Origin: Dicyema japonicum
Taxonomy: Eukaryota; Animalia; Dicyemida
NCBI GenBank assembly: GCA_011109175.1
Contig: RDEW01000003.1
Location: forward strand, 2,243,761-2,307,760
Length of the DNA: 64,000 bases
Reading direction: 5' to 3'
Under the pieces are notes generated by a model. That model was not told where the DNA came from and ran no database searches. It was given only the letters and a program-made list of their open reading frames with translations. The position numbers and the translations under genes are program-made. The first letter of the stretch is position 1; every line of letters starts with the position of its first letter. Of the stretch, positions 40,400 to 53,405 are shown one piece after another.

Positions 40400-41145
40400 A
40401 TTTAAATAACCCCGGGAACACCGAAAAAGAAAGACAAAAGAATCATACAGTTAGGTGATCCCAGTCCTCGCAATCAATTGTGCCATTCGACGTCTGTGAT
40501 CTTCCATCGTCCCCACTACTTTCTGGAAGAGTTTTCTCTCGGTCTTGCAGAGGAATCCGATCGGGGTGGGAATTTCTTATCCAATCGGTTTTCTCTTGCC
40601 ATGGAAAGGATCAGGCGAAGCGGATTTCCTTCTTCCTCACAGACGCGAAGAAATCCGGAGCCACGACTACGGATCTTAGCTTCCATTAGTAGTGGGTCTA
40701 CTGTTGATCCATTACGTGGGCAAAGCATACTGATTGTTTTCTGGTGAATCGAGTTGACTCTTTGGACCATAGACTCCGATAGCGCGAATCTCCATGCAAC
40801 GGAGGTATACTCAACGGCAGGCGCGATTGTTTGTTGGTAGAGGGTAGAAACGGAAAAATCCATGTTCCTCGTGGTCTTCCGGACAAGGGCGCGTAAAACG
40901 TTAATTTTCTGGAGGCCCCTGGTAATCTGGTCTTTTGCGTGAGAGTTGAAATTGAGTAGACTGTCGTACTTGACTCCAAGGACACTGGGGGACCTTGTCA
41001 CTGGAATCCGAGTGGGACCAATAAAGATACTCGGTTCATCCTTAGAACGACGGTCCGAAGTGAAAGTGGAACAGATGGACTTGGTTGCAGAAATCGTAAA
41101 TCGATTGCCAACAATCCAATCATGGAGAGTGTTCAATTTTGCCTG
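40400..41145 (-). mobile_element. LINE 3' part (RT thumb and 3' UTR)
   Basis: ORF 40516..41136 (VLGVKYDSLLNFNSH..KINVLRAL); 3' end CTTTTTCGGTGTTCCCGGGGTTATTTAAATAA. Confidence 0.8.
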
Positions 41146-42102
41146 AGTTTTAAAGGATGCGACTTGCGTCGAGCGGTTCGGGAACTTTGGATATTAATAG
41201 GCCGTTCAATCGAGGCAGTACAACTTCGAAAAATCAACTTAGATCGACTTCCGATGGTGAAAGACTTTTATTTGAAATTTTAGTATTTTCAAAATCCAAA
41301 TCATTTGAATTTTTATGAAATATATTCATTCACTTTAAAAGTTCCTTGAAGCGAATCTTTTCCATGTCTAAATGCTCCCCCATGGAATAATCTCGTTTTA
41401 TAATTATGTCAGTCCCAAATATTTAGCTGGAATAGTGGTCAAACGTTCAAACAGTGTCAAACGTAGTGAAGATTCCTTCATCTACAATAAATCCTTACTT
41501 TGTTCACAAGAGCACCACCCCCGCTAAATTCAGATACACTCTGAACTATTTTAGGAAGATTTGAAGAGTATTTTGCTCCACTCAGCCTGTTAATCGTCAC
41601 TTACGTTTTAATGGGCCTACCCCAAATTGTCACGTTCTTGGGGAATTTTAGATTTTTTTAAAGTATTTTTTAACGCATAGTCGCTTGATGATTCGTCACT
41701 GATTTCCGATTCATCGCTTTAATCTTCAAAGTCTAATTCACTTGAACGACATATGTCGGTTAACGAGATCGTTTAGCATCACTGGATCAAGACGTGTAGA
41801 TTGCCACAGGGGGAGTACAACATCACCTGAAACGCTTACTTGTTGGTTAAAACTGACAATTATCCCTGAGAAAATTCGTTGCATCATTATTACTTAGCCT
41901 ACAATTAGCCTGAGGGTTCATGTAGTATCTCAGCCGATTACAAAAAACTGTTTAGAAATTGTAAATTTATACATCACTGCTGTATTTGCCTGTTTGTTCG
42001 TCCGCAATCGATTTTTAAGGCATAAGGAAATTTCTGTTGGTAGACCTAAATGAGGTAAAAGTGAGATCCTCGTGATATCAAGCCAAGGTTTAGGACCTAC
42101 AG

Positions 42103-42500
42103 CAGTGGTTCTCAACCTTTTTTCCCGCCGCCCATCCAAAAATTTCCACCACCCATTAGTAAATTTAACCTTTTTGCTTTTCTGTATTTAGCTAGTTAAC
42201 GAATAGTTATTGAAAAATGCAATAATTATTAATGTGATCCTTGAAACTAATGACTTTTAGCCGACATTTCAATATCAGGCTTGATTCGACAAATAAAATC
42301 GAACTTGATATCACAAACTTTCAATTTATTTCGCTCAATTCACAACAAGACGAGCTGCTGTCGTATTTCTTATCTTTAAATTTTCGAATCCTCGTGCGGT
42401 CATCCATCAACGAACATTGATTTATTATTGACAATGGACGATAAAGTTTTGAAACTCCCGCTTTAGGGGACATCAAGAAAGAAGGTAATATAACCGACCA
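42103..42500 (-). mobile_element. hAT (Charlie/Buster-like) end with solo TIR
   Basis: CAGTGGTTCTCAACCTTTTT at 42103, a typical hAT terminus; minus-strand RIKPDIE..SH* resembles a transposase C-terminus. Confidence 0.55.
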
Positions 42501-42577
42501 ATCTCGGTGGAGACGACTTTCACAGAAATATTAAACCAAATATTAAAATAAGTAATTAATTCAAATTAACAAAAATA

Positions 42578-44589
42578 TCAATTCAATAATTTTTTGCAAT
42601 AATCCTTAACATTTGATAGGACAGATGAATTATCCCCATTCTTAAACTCCAGTTTGATTTTCCCATTAGTCTCTTTATCCCCTTCAGTGTTTTCCACAGT
42701 CACAACAATGGTTGATCCTTCCTTAATCAACTGCTGTTCATGGGCAGCAGCGATTTGATTGATGATCCTCCTCTCAACCTACACTCACAAAACCCCCAAC
42801 CTCGTGCTTTATCGACCTCGCACCATAGTGCACATCATAGCCATCAATCAACAACTCCACAACGTAGCTGTCCCACTGAATAGACATTTTGTTCAACTCC
42901 ATTGCCTCGAGTAGTTAAAGAATTCAACCTTGTCCGCCCAAAATTGGAGTTCTTTGATTATCAATTTCCTCAACTCATATTTAGAGAATGGGAGAAAGTA
43001 TACAAACTCATTAATCCTTCCTAAAAACTCATCCCTTTTGAAATGTCTCTGCGAAGTATATCGACCGAAACTACTTTAAGGATCGGTCGAATTCTCCTGT
43101 CTTTGAACTCCCTTGAAATGGTTACAAGTTCGCGGACTTCTACGAGATAACCACAAGATCTACCATTTTCATCAATTCCTCTGGACTTCCTCATCTCCTC
43201 GGCTTCTTCTCTCAGCTGAACTCCGTAATCTGCAATCTCCTCGCTGGCTAGGTTGGAGGTCATCACAAAGATAGCATCCTTGCAGTTTATGGTCTCTCCC
43301 TTTCCGTCAGTTAGCCGTCCCTACAGTCCAGAAGCAAGCAAATAAACCTCATCAAATAACTGAAGCATTATAGTGAGGACGTCTGGGTGGGCCTTCTCGA
43401 TCTCATCAAAGAGGACCACCGCATTCGGACACTCCCTAAGAAGATTGGTAAGTTGTCCCCCCTGTTCATGCCCCACATAGCCTGGAGGAGACCCAATGAA
43501 CTTAGCAACCTTGAATACGTCATACTTGATCAAACTTCGTGTTTTTGCTGAAATTCTGACATGTCCAGTCGAATAAATGCCTTTTTGTTGTCAGCGTGGA
43601 TGTACTTTGCCAGTTGTTTGGCCAGTTCTGTTTTACCAATCCCCGAGGAACCAAGAAAGAGGAAGACAAGGCAATGTTCGTTATCAATCCATCCATTCTG
43701 TTTTCTTCTCACAGCTAAATGTGAATACAACCATAAACTGGAGGAAACAGTCATTATGGCATTCTCTTGTCCCACAATGGACTCCCTCAACATCTGCTCA
43801 ATTGGATATTTTCTTCTCTCTTCAATCGATTTAGCATTTTTAGACTCCAGTGACTACAGTTGTATTTCCAAGTTACCTTCTGGCTGTGTTTTTCCAGTAA
43901 GTCCTTAACTTGTCGACTTCTTGCGTAATCTACAGGTTTCAGACACTGATCATTCTCAATCAATGGGTCAGCACCTTAAAATGAAAAAGTTATAATACCG
44001 GCTTCCAGAAGAGCAACGATGGAAGAGACATTATTAGCAGCTACTGCGTAGTGGAGCGCAGTGCATCCCTTAAAGTTGCCGTATGGGGAGACTTGTCCAC
44101 TAAAGAAGTCGTCTCTGTCCATTTGAACTTGAATTGAGTAAAAGAAAGTACTGTGGATTGAGATGACACCGTGATGACTGGCAGACTCAAATATGCTAGT
44201 GAACTCGTCCTTCAGATTGGGGTCAGCACCGGCAGCAAGCAATAGTTTAATGCTCCTATAGGTCAATAAATCAGGGACTCTGTCTGTCCATTAACGGCAG
44301 CAGTCATCAAAGGAGTCCACCCCAAAGAGTGCCTTTTGTTGGGATCAACCTGAGAATCCAACAGTTTCTTGAGTTCACCAGTTCTTCCATAGCGAATCAG
44401 ATGGAAAATATAATCATCGTCTGACATAGTACTGAATCCTCCGATAGCAGTGAACAGACTGGTAGAAACAGTCCCAACAGTAGCTGTTGGAATGAATCTG
44501 CGGGAGAAGAACCGAAAAGAAGGGAGGGACATTCTGGACAGAAACAGCAAGCGAATATTCGGGTAAATAAATCGAAAGTAACTTCTCAT
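42578..44589 (-). CDS. CLPB: Mitochondrial ankyrin-repeat AAA+ disaggregase SKD3/CLPB
   Basis: Arg/Ser/Phe-rich presequence, ankyrin [12 protein letters not shown] and GCTALHYAV, Walker A GSSGIGKT, Walker [33 protein letters not shown]. Confidence 0.95.
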
Positions 44590-44609
44590 CAGTAATACAA
44601 GAAAGCAAG

Positions 44610-44700
44610 ATTAAATTAAATTTATTAAATAATAAATAATTAAGTAATAATAGCGCGCGAATCCTTTAAATTATTATTTTTATTTTTTATGTGGTTCTCC
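44610..44700. promoter_or_regulatory. Bidirectional CLPB/haspin promoter with an E2F/CDE-CHR-like element
   Basis: Only ~120 bp between the divergent ATGs; the single GC patch GCGCGCGA (44653-44660) is followed by 4 nt and TTTAAA (44665-44670). Confidence 0.5.
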
Positions 44701-44708
44701 TTACTGTA

Positions 44709-46295
44709 ATGCTTAGAATGTACGGAATCAGCAAATGCTTTGGTAAAATCAAAGAGCACATCACAATAAACAAAAGAAAACTGGACCTCGATACTCTTGA
44801 CCTTTTCGAAGGCTTAAATGAAGAGAGTGAAAACTTACATGACTCTGGATTCGCCCCCGTTCCTGATGAGTCAATGACCTCCCACGTGTCATTTATGTAT
44901 TTTTTATCTTCATTTCCATAGTGAACGTAAACGAAAGTCCATTGGGTTCAGAGAAATGGCAAAAAGGACGAGTAAAGTCATCTCCCCCATTAACCACGTG
45001 CTTTATGAGGACACCAACTTTGCAACTCCTATCAACACTCGTGCCAACTCCTTTGTCTCTCAAAAAATTGATAAAAGTGTCCTTTCTTTGTGCGAGTCGA
45101 AAAATTCTGAATCCACAAATTTTCTATCCCCCTCAGCTACAATGCACGTGTTGGACGAGAAGCAGACCCTCAAATCGATTATATCTGGGGAGATGACTAC
45201 GTTGGAGAAAATGCTATCCATAAGTGAGCAACCCGAGATCATTAACTTTGAGGAATATGTGCTAACGGTTGACATTGCCAAAAAACTTGGAGAGGGTTCA
45301 TTCGCCGAGGTATTCATCACAAAATCAGGGACAATCATAAAAGTGATTACTAAACTAAACGTAGGTGATGCCATTCGGTGGAGACCTTTTTAATGGGTTG
45401 GCTCAAAAATCGGGGGAGGATGTGCTACCAGAGATTATTATAACCAAGTACTATAATAATGTAACCAGAAAACTGAGTGATCTGCATAAGTGTGGGACTG
45501 ACAGAACTGATGGGTTTGTGCAGCTAATAAAGTACTACAATGATTAAAGTAGATCACGTGTGGTTAAGGGACTTTTCCCAAAGTGTTTGATGGATATGTG
45601 GGTCGTGTTTGATAATGATAATCATTCGTATAATTATCATCCAGAGTTATTGCCAGAGTCTCAGTATTTTCTTGTCCTCGAATTGTCGAATGGGGGTACT
45701 CCCTTGGAGAACTTTATTGTTTGATGATATTATGACTTTAGTTTGAGACATGTAAACAGCAATGTGACGTGCTGACTCAATTGGGATTAACTTTAGCTGT
45801 GGGAGAGGCATCGTATGAGTTTGAACACAGAGATCTGCATCTAGCTAATGTTTTGATATCCAAGTCTCCCCCAACTGGTGTAGTGCTCAAAGGAGTGGAT
45901 ATGAGTGAGTTTTATTCTGGTCACTCATTGAGGACTACTATAATAGATTACACCATCTCTAGAATAACCTTTGATGGACTTGCCGTGTTCTCTGATTTGA
46001 AGGACGATGTTGATTTATTCGAAGGGACTGGTAATTATCAGTATGATGTTTACCGGGATATGAGGGATATTAATGGGTTATTGGGAGTTGTTATTTGAGG
46101 AATAAATGGAAACTATTTGAACCAAAGTCAAACTTGTTGTGGTTGAAATATATTGGAAATATGATGCTGACGGATTTAAAAGTGGAGGAGGATTCATCTG
46201 AAGAGGGTGTCTTTTATAAAAACAGATTGGTGGATATGGTTGAGAATATTGATAATTACTCATCCACTATTGACTGGTTTGATAAGTTTTTATGA
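44709..46295 (+). CDS. HASPIN: Haspin histone H3T3 kinase
   Basis: KKLGEGSFAEVF, VLPEIIIT, LAVGEASYEFEHRDLHLANVLI, IIDYTISR, LFEGTGNYQYDVYRDM, FEPKSNLLWL; 21-25-nt introns. Confidence 0.92.
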
Positions 46296-46949
46296 TATTT
46301 TTTACATATTTGAGATTATTTTTCTTATGTCCGCATTACCTTCTTGTCCAGCACCACGGTTCCGCGCTTCTTTCGGGGATGAGATTTCGCGGAGAGCATC
46401 TGAGTTATCTGCGTTATTTAACTGCATTCTTGAATTCCTTAGGTCCTCTTTGATTGCACGGGTAGTGTGTGTCTCGATCGTTAATGATATCCGGGTGAAC
46501 TCGTATTATGATTCCATTACATCGTTGGAATGTACCGTTGGTTCCGTTCTGAAGATATCTCGAACAGTCCTCTGCCTTAATGTATCTGCTAGTGGTTGTG
46601 ATTTGCACATAAATTTTCCTTTTTTTATTTTACCGTGTATTGATTATTCATACGCAATGAAAATTAAGTTATGTTAAAGATATGATGTGGCACCAAACTT
46701 TATTTAAAATGCTAATGAATGTGATCGGTAAAGTCAGAAACATAATTGATTGAATTTAGGATACAACACTCTGCTATTTTATTAGCTTAGTTGTGGGATC
46801 AATTTGTAAATCGTCACAATTGATGTGATCTTTCATACCATGTACCCCACTTCGACCATGGAAACTGACTAAAACCTCTTTCTGTTAAATCCGAGGTTAC
46901 CGAAATCATATGGCAAACACCTCCTAACCCACAACTTTAAAAAAAATCA

Positions 46950-47648
46950 TTAAAATTTATTTAAAATATCAAGTTAATGTTTCTACCACCAAATGTGACA
47001 AATTTATTGCAACCGTTTTTTAAAGGAATAATTAACTTGGTTCAAATTTACCAGCGAAAACTTGATGGTGTAATTAAACTAATTGAATCGGGCAAACGCA
47101 CATACAAAATTCTGAACATTAAAGACGCCATGATATTTTCGAGCTTTGCTTGGAAAGAAATTTGCCCAAGCACCATTAAGTTTTAATAATTAAGGCGCAA
47201 TAAAGAAATGGATAATGAAAAATTGATTTTTTTAACATTCAATTTATTATATCCCATGATAGAAGATTTTTTGAATATTGGGGAATATATATTTTTTTAA
47301 AAAAAATTGAAATTGACAAATAAATGCAATGAATTTGACATGTGCCCTGAAGTGTTTGATAATTCTTTAAATCTTGTAGATATGGGGGAGGTTGAAGAGA
47401 TAGACGATATAAATGTGGTAACTAAGAAAGAATTTATTCTGCCCTTCAAGTATTGAAAAATTATCTTAAACAATCTGAATTGTTTGATTTAAACGGAGGG
47501 CTTAATCAAAATTCAAAAGCGTTTAAGAAAGAAATAAGGTTAACAACACACTTTATATTTGGTTTATCAAATATAAAATTCCTTTATTACTCCTACCTGC
47601 CATTTTTTGCGAATCCCAAAATTGGCAGTTAAGAAAAGTCTTACTGTA
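46950..47648 (+). mobile_element. Tigger/jerky-like pogo transposon remnant
   Basis: FLPPNVTNLLQP..GII..NIKDAMIFSSFAWKEICPSTIK (DDE_1-like); ends in TTACTGTA, a typical terminal CTG plus TA. Confidence 0.65.
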
Positions 47649-47833
47649 CTTATAATCTAACTACTTACAAAAATGAATTTACGTAAATTAAGGATTATAA
47701 AAAATCAATGAAAGTTAAGTGACAAGTAAAAACTTCACATCAATAAAAACTTATTTAAACAAAATTTGAATTATATTTATTAAATTAATTTTTTTAATAA
47801 AAATATTATTAGTTTTCATGGAAATTATTAAAT

Positions 47834-50487
47834 ATGTCCAATATGGAAGTCATCCATTCAAATAAGGTTTTTGACCAGCTCATTGAACGTCTTCTAAAAT
47901 TGGGAAATTGTCGCCTGAACAATTCAGAAGGTTAGTGACAATTTAATAACACAGTAGAAAATAGAACCGATCCATCTTTGAAGGTTCATCGAGTCTAATA
48001 CTTAGAAAAACATAGAGTCTGATTTGATGGGAGCTCTGGAGGAGGGCATAAACTACTTGGTGGAATCTGAAAGGGAGATCGCAAAGAGGACTGAAATGCA
48101 AGTTGAGTGGAAAAGCAAGATAAAGCAGTACAGTGACAGAATCCAAAAGTTGACGGTACAGAAAAACACAAGAATCCCCTTACTAATACATAAAGGTAGG
48201 AATATGTGAATATTCAAAGAGACCGAGACCTGTGTAGCGGATTTCCGTGATTTGAGTTCAACCCTATCAGATAATTTACGGAAAAACGAAAGACTGCAAA
48301 ACTACTACAAACAGACTTCTAAGGTGAACGAAAAATTAACCCAAGAACTCGACGTGGCGACGAATTACCTGTATCCTTGACCTCTTATCTAGTTACTTTA
48401 TCGACGACAAACTGGCGGAGATCGAAGAGTCGGAAAAAAAAATTTTGGCGGAAAAAAAGACTGTCACCGAGAATTTGAATGATACAAGGGATAAAACCCT
48501 AGCCACGAAGGAGAAGTACAAAATGGTTGTGGAGAATACGAATGAGAGGCGGGTGTTGTTAAAAGAGCGGGAAACTCAGCTGGAAAACGAATTGGCCGAG
48601 AAAACAGCGAAACTCAAGAAAATCAAACAAAATCGAGTAAAATTCGTGGAAAGTATAAAATCAGGTAAAAGAAATCGACCAAATCCAAAAGACTCAGGCC
48701 CTGCGTACGACTAAGCTCAAACAAGTAAAGGAGATTGAGATGAGCTTGACCACCACCCAGGTGGAGGAGTCAAAAAAGCTTAATGAAGTTTGTAGTTCCG
48801 AAAGTATTCGTAGTTCAACGCGGCCAAACAAAATCTTGCAAAAATCGTGAAAAGTAAACAAGTCAGAGAGAAAAACCTGTCTATCAAGCAAGAAGAACTC
48901 GCGAGAACAGTACCACGTGTTCAAAAAGTAGGTGGAACGTTGTGCTGAAGGATCTCAAGCCCTGGAAACGGCGACTAAAAACTTGGAACGTGAACTGGAC
49001 GGCCTCAAAAGAGATGGAATTCAAACGAATAACAAAATTGTTGAAGAATTTGGGCGTAAAAAGGCGGTCTTGTGGGTGATTTGGGGTGACCTTTAGGGAA
49101 GAGGACATTTCCTTGCAGGACAGCATGAAATCACGGATAGAGAAGGAAATAGACGCCAGTCTGCTTCAAATAGAAGAAGAGTCCACCCAACTACTGGCAA
49201 TCCTCGAGCAGAGGGATGATCTGCAGACTGAGTACTGCAAGTCCTCCACTCATAATAAATCATCGGAAGAAGGCATGCAAGTGACCCCCATAATGACTTG
49301 GTAGCAAGAAATTAACTCGTTGAGGGAAACCCTGAGTAATACAATCTCTCGCAAGTCAATGTTGGAGGCCAGGATAAGCCAAACTAAGAAGGAGTTAAAA
49401 TATTCATGAAGGAAAACGAAATTAGGACAAAAATGGTTTTTGATGACGTTACCCCGTCGTAGTTACGGAATAAGCATGATAAGTACTCCCGCCTAAAGAA
49501 GGACATGGAGTACGACAGATCCACAGAACAGAGCAGAATCGATGTCCTTCAAAGGGTAATGACTCGTTTGATGCAGAATGTGGACGACATCCAAACTCAG
49601 ATTGACAAAATACTGGCAGATCGTAATGAAGTCTTCGACAATCCCCACAAGAGACTGAACGAGTTGAAGCAAAGATCAATCGAATTGCAGGTTACCGGTC
49701 TTTGCCTTGTTTTTAGGAGAAGCGGGCCTACCAACAAGGACGAATAGAGGGACTGAAGGAGCATATAAGACTCATTGACCGAGAAATAAAGGATTTGGAG
49801 ACAAATATAGAGGGAATGCTGATCATCATCGACAACCTCCACTCTGAACTGACGAAAGCAAAGTTTGGGAGTCTGTTATGTTTAAGTTATCAGTCCTCCA
49901 GTCTTAATGAACAGTATAACTACAGCCAAACACTATTGGAGGCCCAGAGAGAGCGTCTACGGGCTATCTTAGACAAGACGTCGATCAACGAAGCAACTCA
50001 CACTGAGAGTGTGCGTGACCTTGAAAGTAGGGACCTCCAACTAACAGTAAAATGCTATTTAATCGTCAGAGAGAGATAAACTCCCGTCTAAATGAAAATG
50101 AGTCATTGGCGGAGGAATTTAAAAGACTAAATTTGGAGTTGTTTGTGAAGAAGATGTCAGCAGGAGAGTTCTACGGGTCTCTATTCGAGTTGGTTCAGTT
50201 CGGTCAGCTCATTGAAGACGTAGAGATTTGTCGGCATTTAGGTGAAATACATCGTCCAGGAGTGGCTGATTGATTTGGGGGATATGGAGGAATTCGAGGT
50301 GGCTGATTTTGGGAGTAGACTTAACAGAGTTGTCACAAACACAATTAATAATGACATTAATGTATGATGGGGGAGACTTTAGTGGAAGATGCAATATTTT
50401 GTCAATAATGTGGGGGAAGAGTCGAGGGACTTGTTTGAATACGTGAAGGATGAATTTGAGGCCGGTCTAACTCGGGGACACTGCTAG
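47834..50487 (+). CDS. Long coiled-coil protein, CCDC178-like, many tiny introns
   Basis: 21-26-nt GT-AG introns join the ORF pieces into an E/K/L-rich helical protein; EGINYLVESERE..RIQKLTVQKNTRIPLLIHKETETCVADFRDL resembles the CCDC178 N-terminal block as recalled; 3' end approximate. Confidence 0.6.
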
Positions 50488-52590
50488 TTCTCAAATAACT
50501 ACAATTTAACATAATGTGCTAATTTAATGAGTTTATTGTTAAAATCAGTAATTTTCCATGTTCACGTGGGGAATTTGGATGCCAGTATCACTATGGCAAC
50601 TAAAAGGAGCACAATTACTCCCATCTGGTCTCCGAGTTAGTGAGGCCGTGGCTACTTAACTAGCCAACTATAAGCTAGTAAACAGCTATCGTGATTGAGG
50701 ACATTCTCTTTACGATTTGTATGCCTCAATTAGCCATCCCCCTCTTGGCTGTCCCTCCTCTTTTGCTATCAACAATCCGATGGCACGTAGGAAGCGATTT
50801 GGATCTTAGAATCATCGAGGTTTTGGATGCGACGGCACAGAAAGTGCGTAACTGGGCGTTAGTCAACCATTAAGACGGATTTCTCTCACTTTGATGGATC
50901 ATAGGGTTAGTTAACCTCAATGTGACAGTTTTCTTCCTACTGAGAAAAGGAGAAAAATAATGGGGGATAGTTCCAATAAATGTATTAGCGACAACCTAGA
51001 AACGTACGAACTATTAATGCGGATGACTGATAGATCATCTGATGCTTCTCTAACTGCTAATATATTCCATGCGAATTAGAATAGAACAAGAGGGGGATAG
51101 ATTCATAGTACTACATCAGACATTCACCAAAAGAGACGCATCGTCGACTCTACCACCTTCAACCAGTTTGAGTGACAAGATTGGTACCCCTCTAGTAAAG
51201 AATTTTCTAAATTCCATGGCATACTTATCTTAGTAACCTGGCCACACAACATACCTTGGTCTACGGTAGGCACATTCGTTTACTTATAGATGGGGATGTT
51301 TCTAAAATTCTATCCAGTCTAATCACATGAGGTAACTTTGACCTTGGCTATAACTTGGTCAGTGGCTATAACTTGGGTCACAGCATCTGACTGACTTAGA
51401 GTGATGAGTCACAATATCACACCAATGACATCAATACACTCTCACTGACAGGAATATGACAGGCCCCATTGCAAAAAGGTGATGTTTAATGAATAATATA
51501 CCTCTCCTTGTAGAAATAATACACACCAAAGTACACTTATGACAACCCTCCAATGGAATATGGAGTGATATATCCTTTTCGGATGCTGGCAAGGCATTGG
51601 CCGATTCAGGTGGATCTCATGAGGAAGAGACACATTAAAAAGTTAAGAAAACAGTAATTTCCAATTAAAATTAGTATTATTATCATATTAGTTATGATTC
51701 CAGACGAATCTGCCTCAGTCGATAAAGACAGTAAGTGGCCGGTCCCCCAAGCGATAAAACAAAACAGAGAGCGTATGAAAACTTTTCCTATGTTATTATG
51801 CTACATTAGTAATACAATCTTCCTTTCTCTCAGATATCTTTTAAATAATTCTTCGTCAACTTGGGAATAGTTCCTTCTAATTATATTCCTTATTATCACA
51901 CCACGCCACATAATATTATTAAAATATAATAATATTTATTATTATTATTTAAATATTCTATATTTTGTTTATTTTTTTAATTTTCATATATTGGGGGACG
52001 ATCGGGTTCGTCACTATTCCCTTTCTGCCCTCTTGACAAACAGGGTCATCTCTTCTCTTGATCCGCCTTCGAGTTCTGCGCTATCCCAGATACACCCGAC
52101 GGATCTCTGAGAGCGTCCGCTTTTGGTAGTTACTTTCCTGTTAGCCACCGGTTTCCTTTACTCGAAGGGACAAGAAGTAAATAAATAACATATTGAGGAT
52201 CAAATTTTGGTGAGGTTGACATGCCTCGTTCCTTGATTGGCTAGCATTTGAAACAAAATGCCCAGAAAGTGGAAGTTACAGGAAGATGCTGACAATCTAA
52301 TATCCTTAGCTTCATGAGGGGCTTTAAGTCTTGTGAAAGTGGTCTTTAAATTAGGATATTGATTCTTACTTAATTATAATGGATAATTAGAACAATTTCA
52401 CAATACAATTTTTATTAAAATTCCAATCAGTATATTTTGGCATCACATCAATTTTCTGAAAACATCACCCAAGCGCTCCAGCACGCAGAGACAGTAGGTA
52501 GCCATCCCAAGGGGCAGTCGATAAATCAATAAAACCTGAAATGCCAATTACTATGTTATTATGTCACAGCAGCGAAACTTACATGATAAT

Positions 52591-53405
52591 TAGGGCAATT
52601 TTTGTCAATAAAGTCAAAAATTGATATGTTCTTTAAAATTGTTTAAAACTTATAAAAATGAAGTTTATAATTAAAAATATTGTTTGAGAGTATTGGAAAT
52701 AATCTTCGTTCTACTTACGCTTGCCGAAAAAGTGCAGAAAATTTATGCCAGAATAGAATTAAGCTATTTTTGAGGTTTTATTGTCATTTATTATAGATCT
52801 GAAAAAATTCTTGATTGACGAAACTGATATCCGAGGACGGAAATATGTCAATACACTTATTGGTAGAATTTCTGATCCAAGAAAATATTTTTAATATCTT
52901 GTCTCCCATTGTCTGCTGCGGCTAACTCTTCGATTATCTGTCAGATAATTGACAATCTTCTAAGGGATTTTGCGATAGATCGCGAGACGCTGTTGAACAC
53001 ATTCAGAAATTGCATTTCGTGGACGATTTATGTGGAATCGTGATGTACTGGAATCAAGATTATTTGTCAATCAAGTGCTTTCTATCACAAAAGTGGAAAA
53101 AACAACATATTTCTCAAATGTATACAACTATCTGAAAAAGTGTCCTTCCACATCATTATTTGTTGAGATTAGTTTTTCTTGGTTGGAAAAAATACTATCT
53201 AAAGGCCGAAATTTTAAACCCGAAAATGTTTTGAATTACATTATTCTGTATTTTAATAAAGATTTTGATTAGTTTTTTTATATTAAAAAAATAGATAAAT
53301 TTATCATAAAGTCAAAAAAGTCAATATTTTGAAAATTTAAAGTCAATAAAGTCAATTTTTAGGTCAGAATTTCCGATTTATACAGTCAAAATAAAAATTG
53401 CCCTA
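52591..53405 (+). mobile_element. Complete non-autonomous hAT-like element (MITE)
   Basis: TIRs TAGGGCAATTTTT / AAAAATTGCCCTA; perfect 8-bp TSD ATGATAAT (52583-52590, 53406-53413); AAGTCAA subterminal repeats. Confidence 0.9.

Noticed and set aside
36650-41145. Inverted LINE ends flanking the long CRE copy as a composite transposon
   Set aside because: The two ends are highly diverged, separated from the CRE by unrelated DNA, and lack a TSD; independent insertions are simpler
41200-41800. piggyBac-like transposase remnant on the minus strand (acidic SDESEISDE, MEKIRFKELL)
   Set aside because: Too decayed; no TIR/TTAA pair or catalytic motif found
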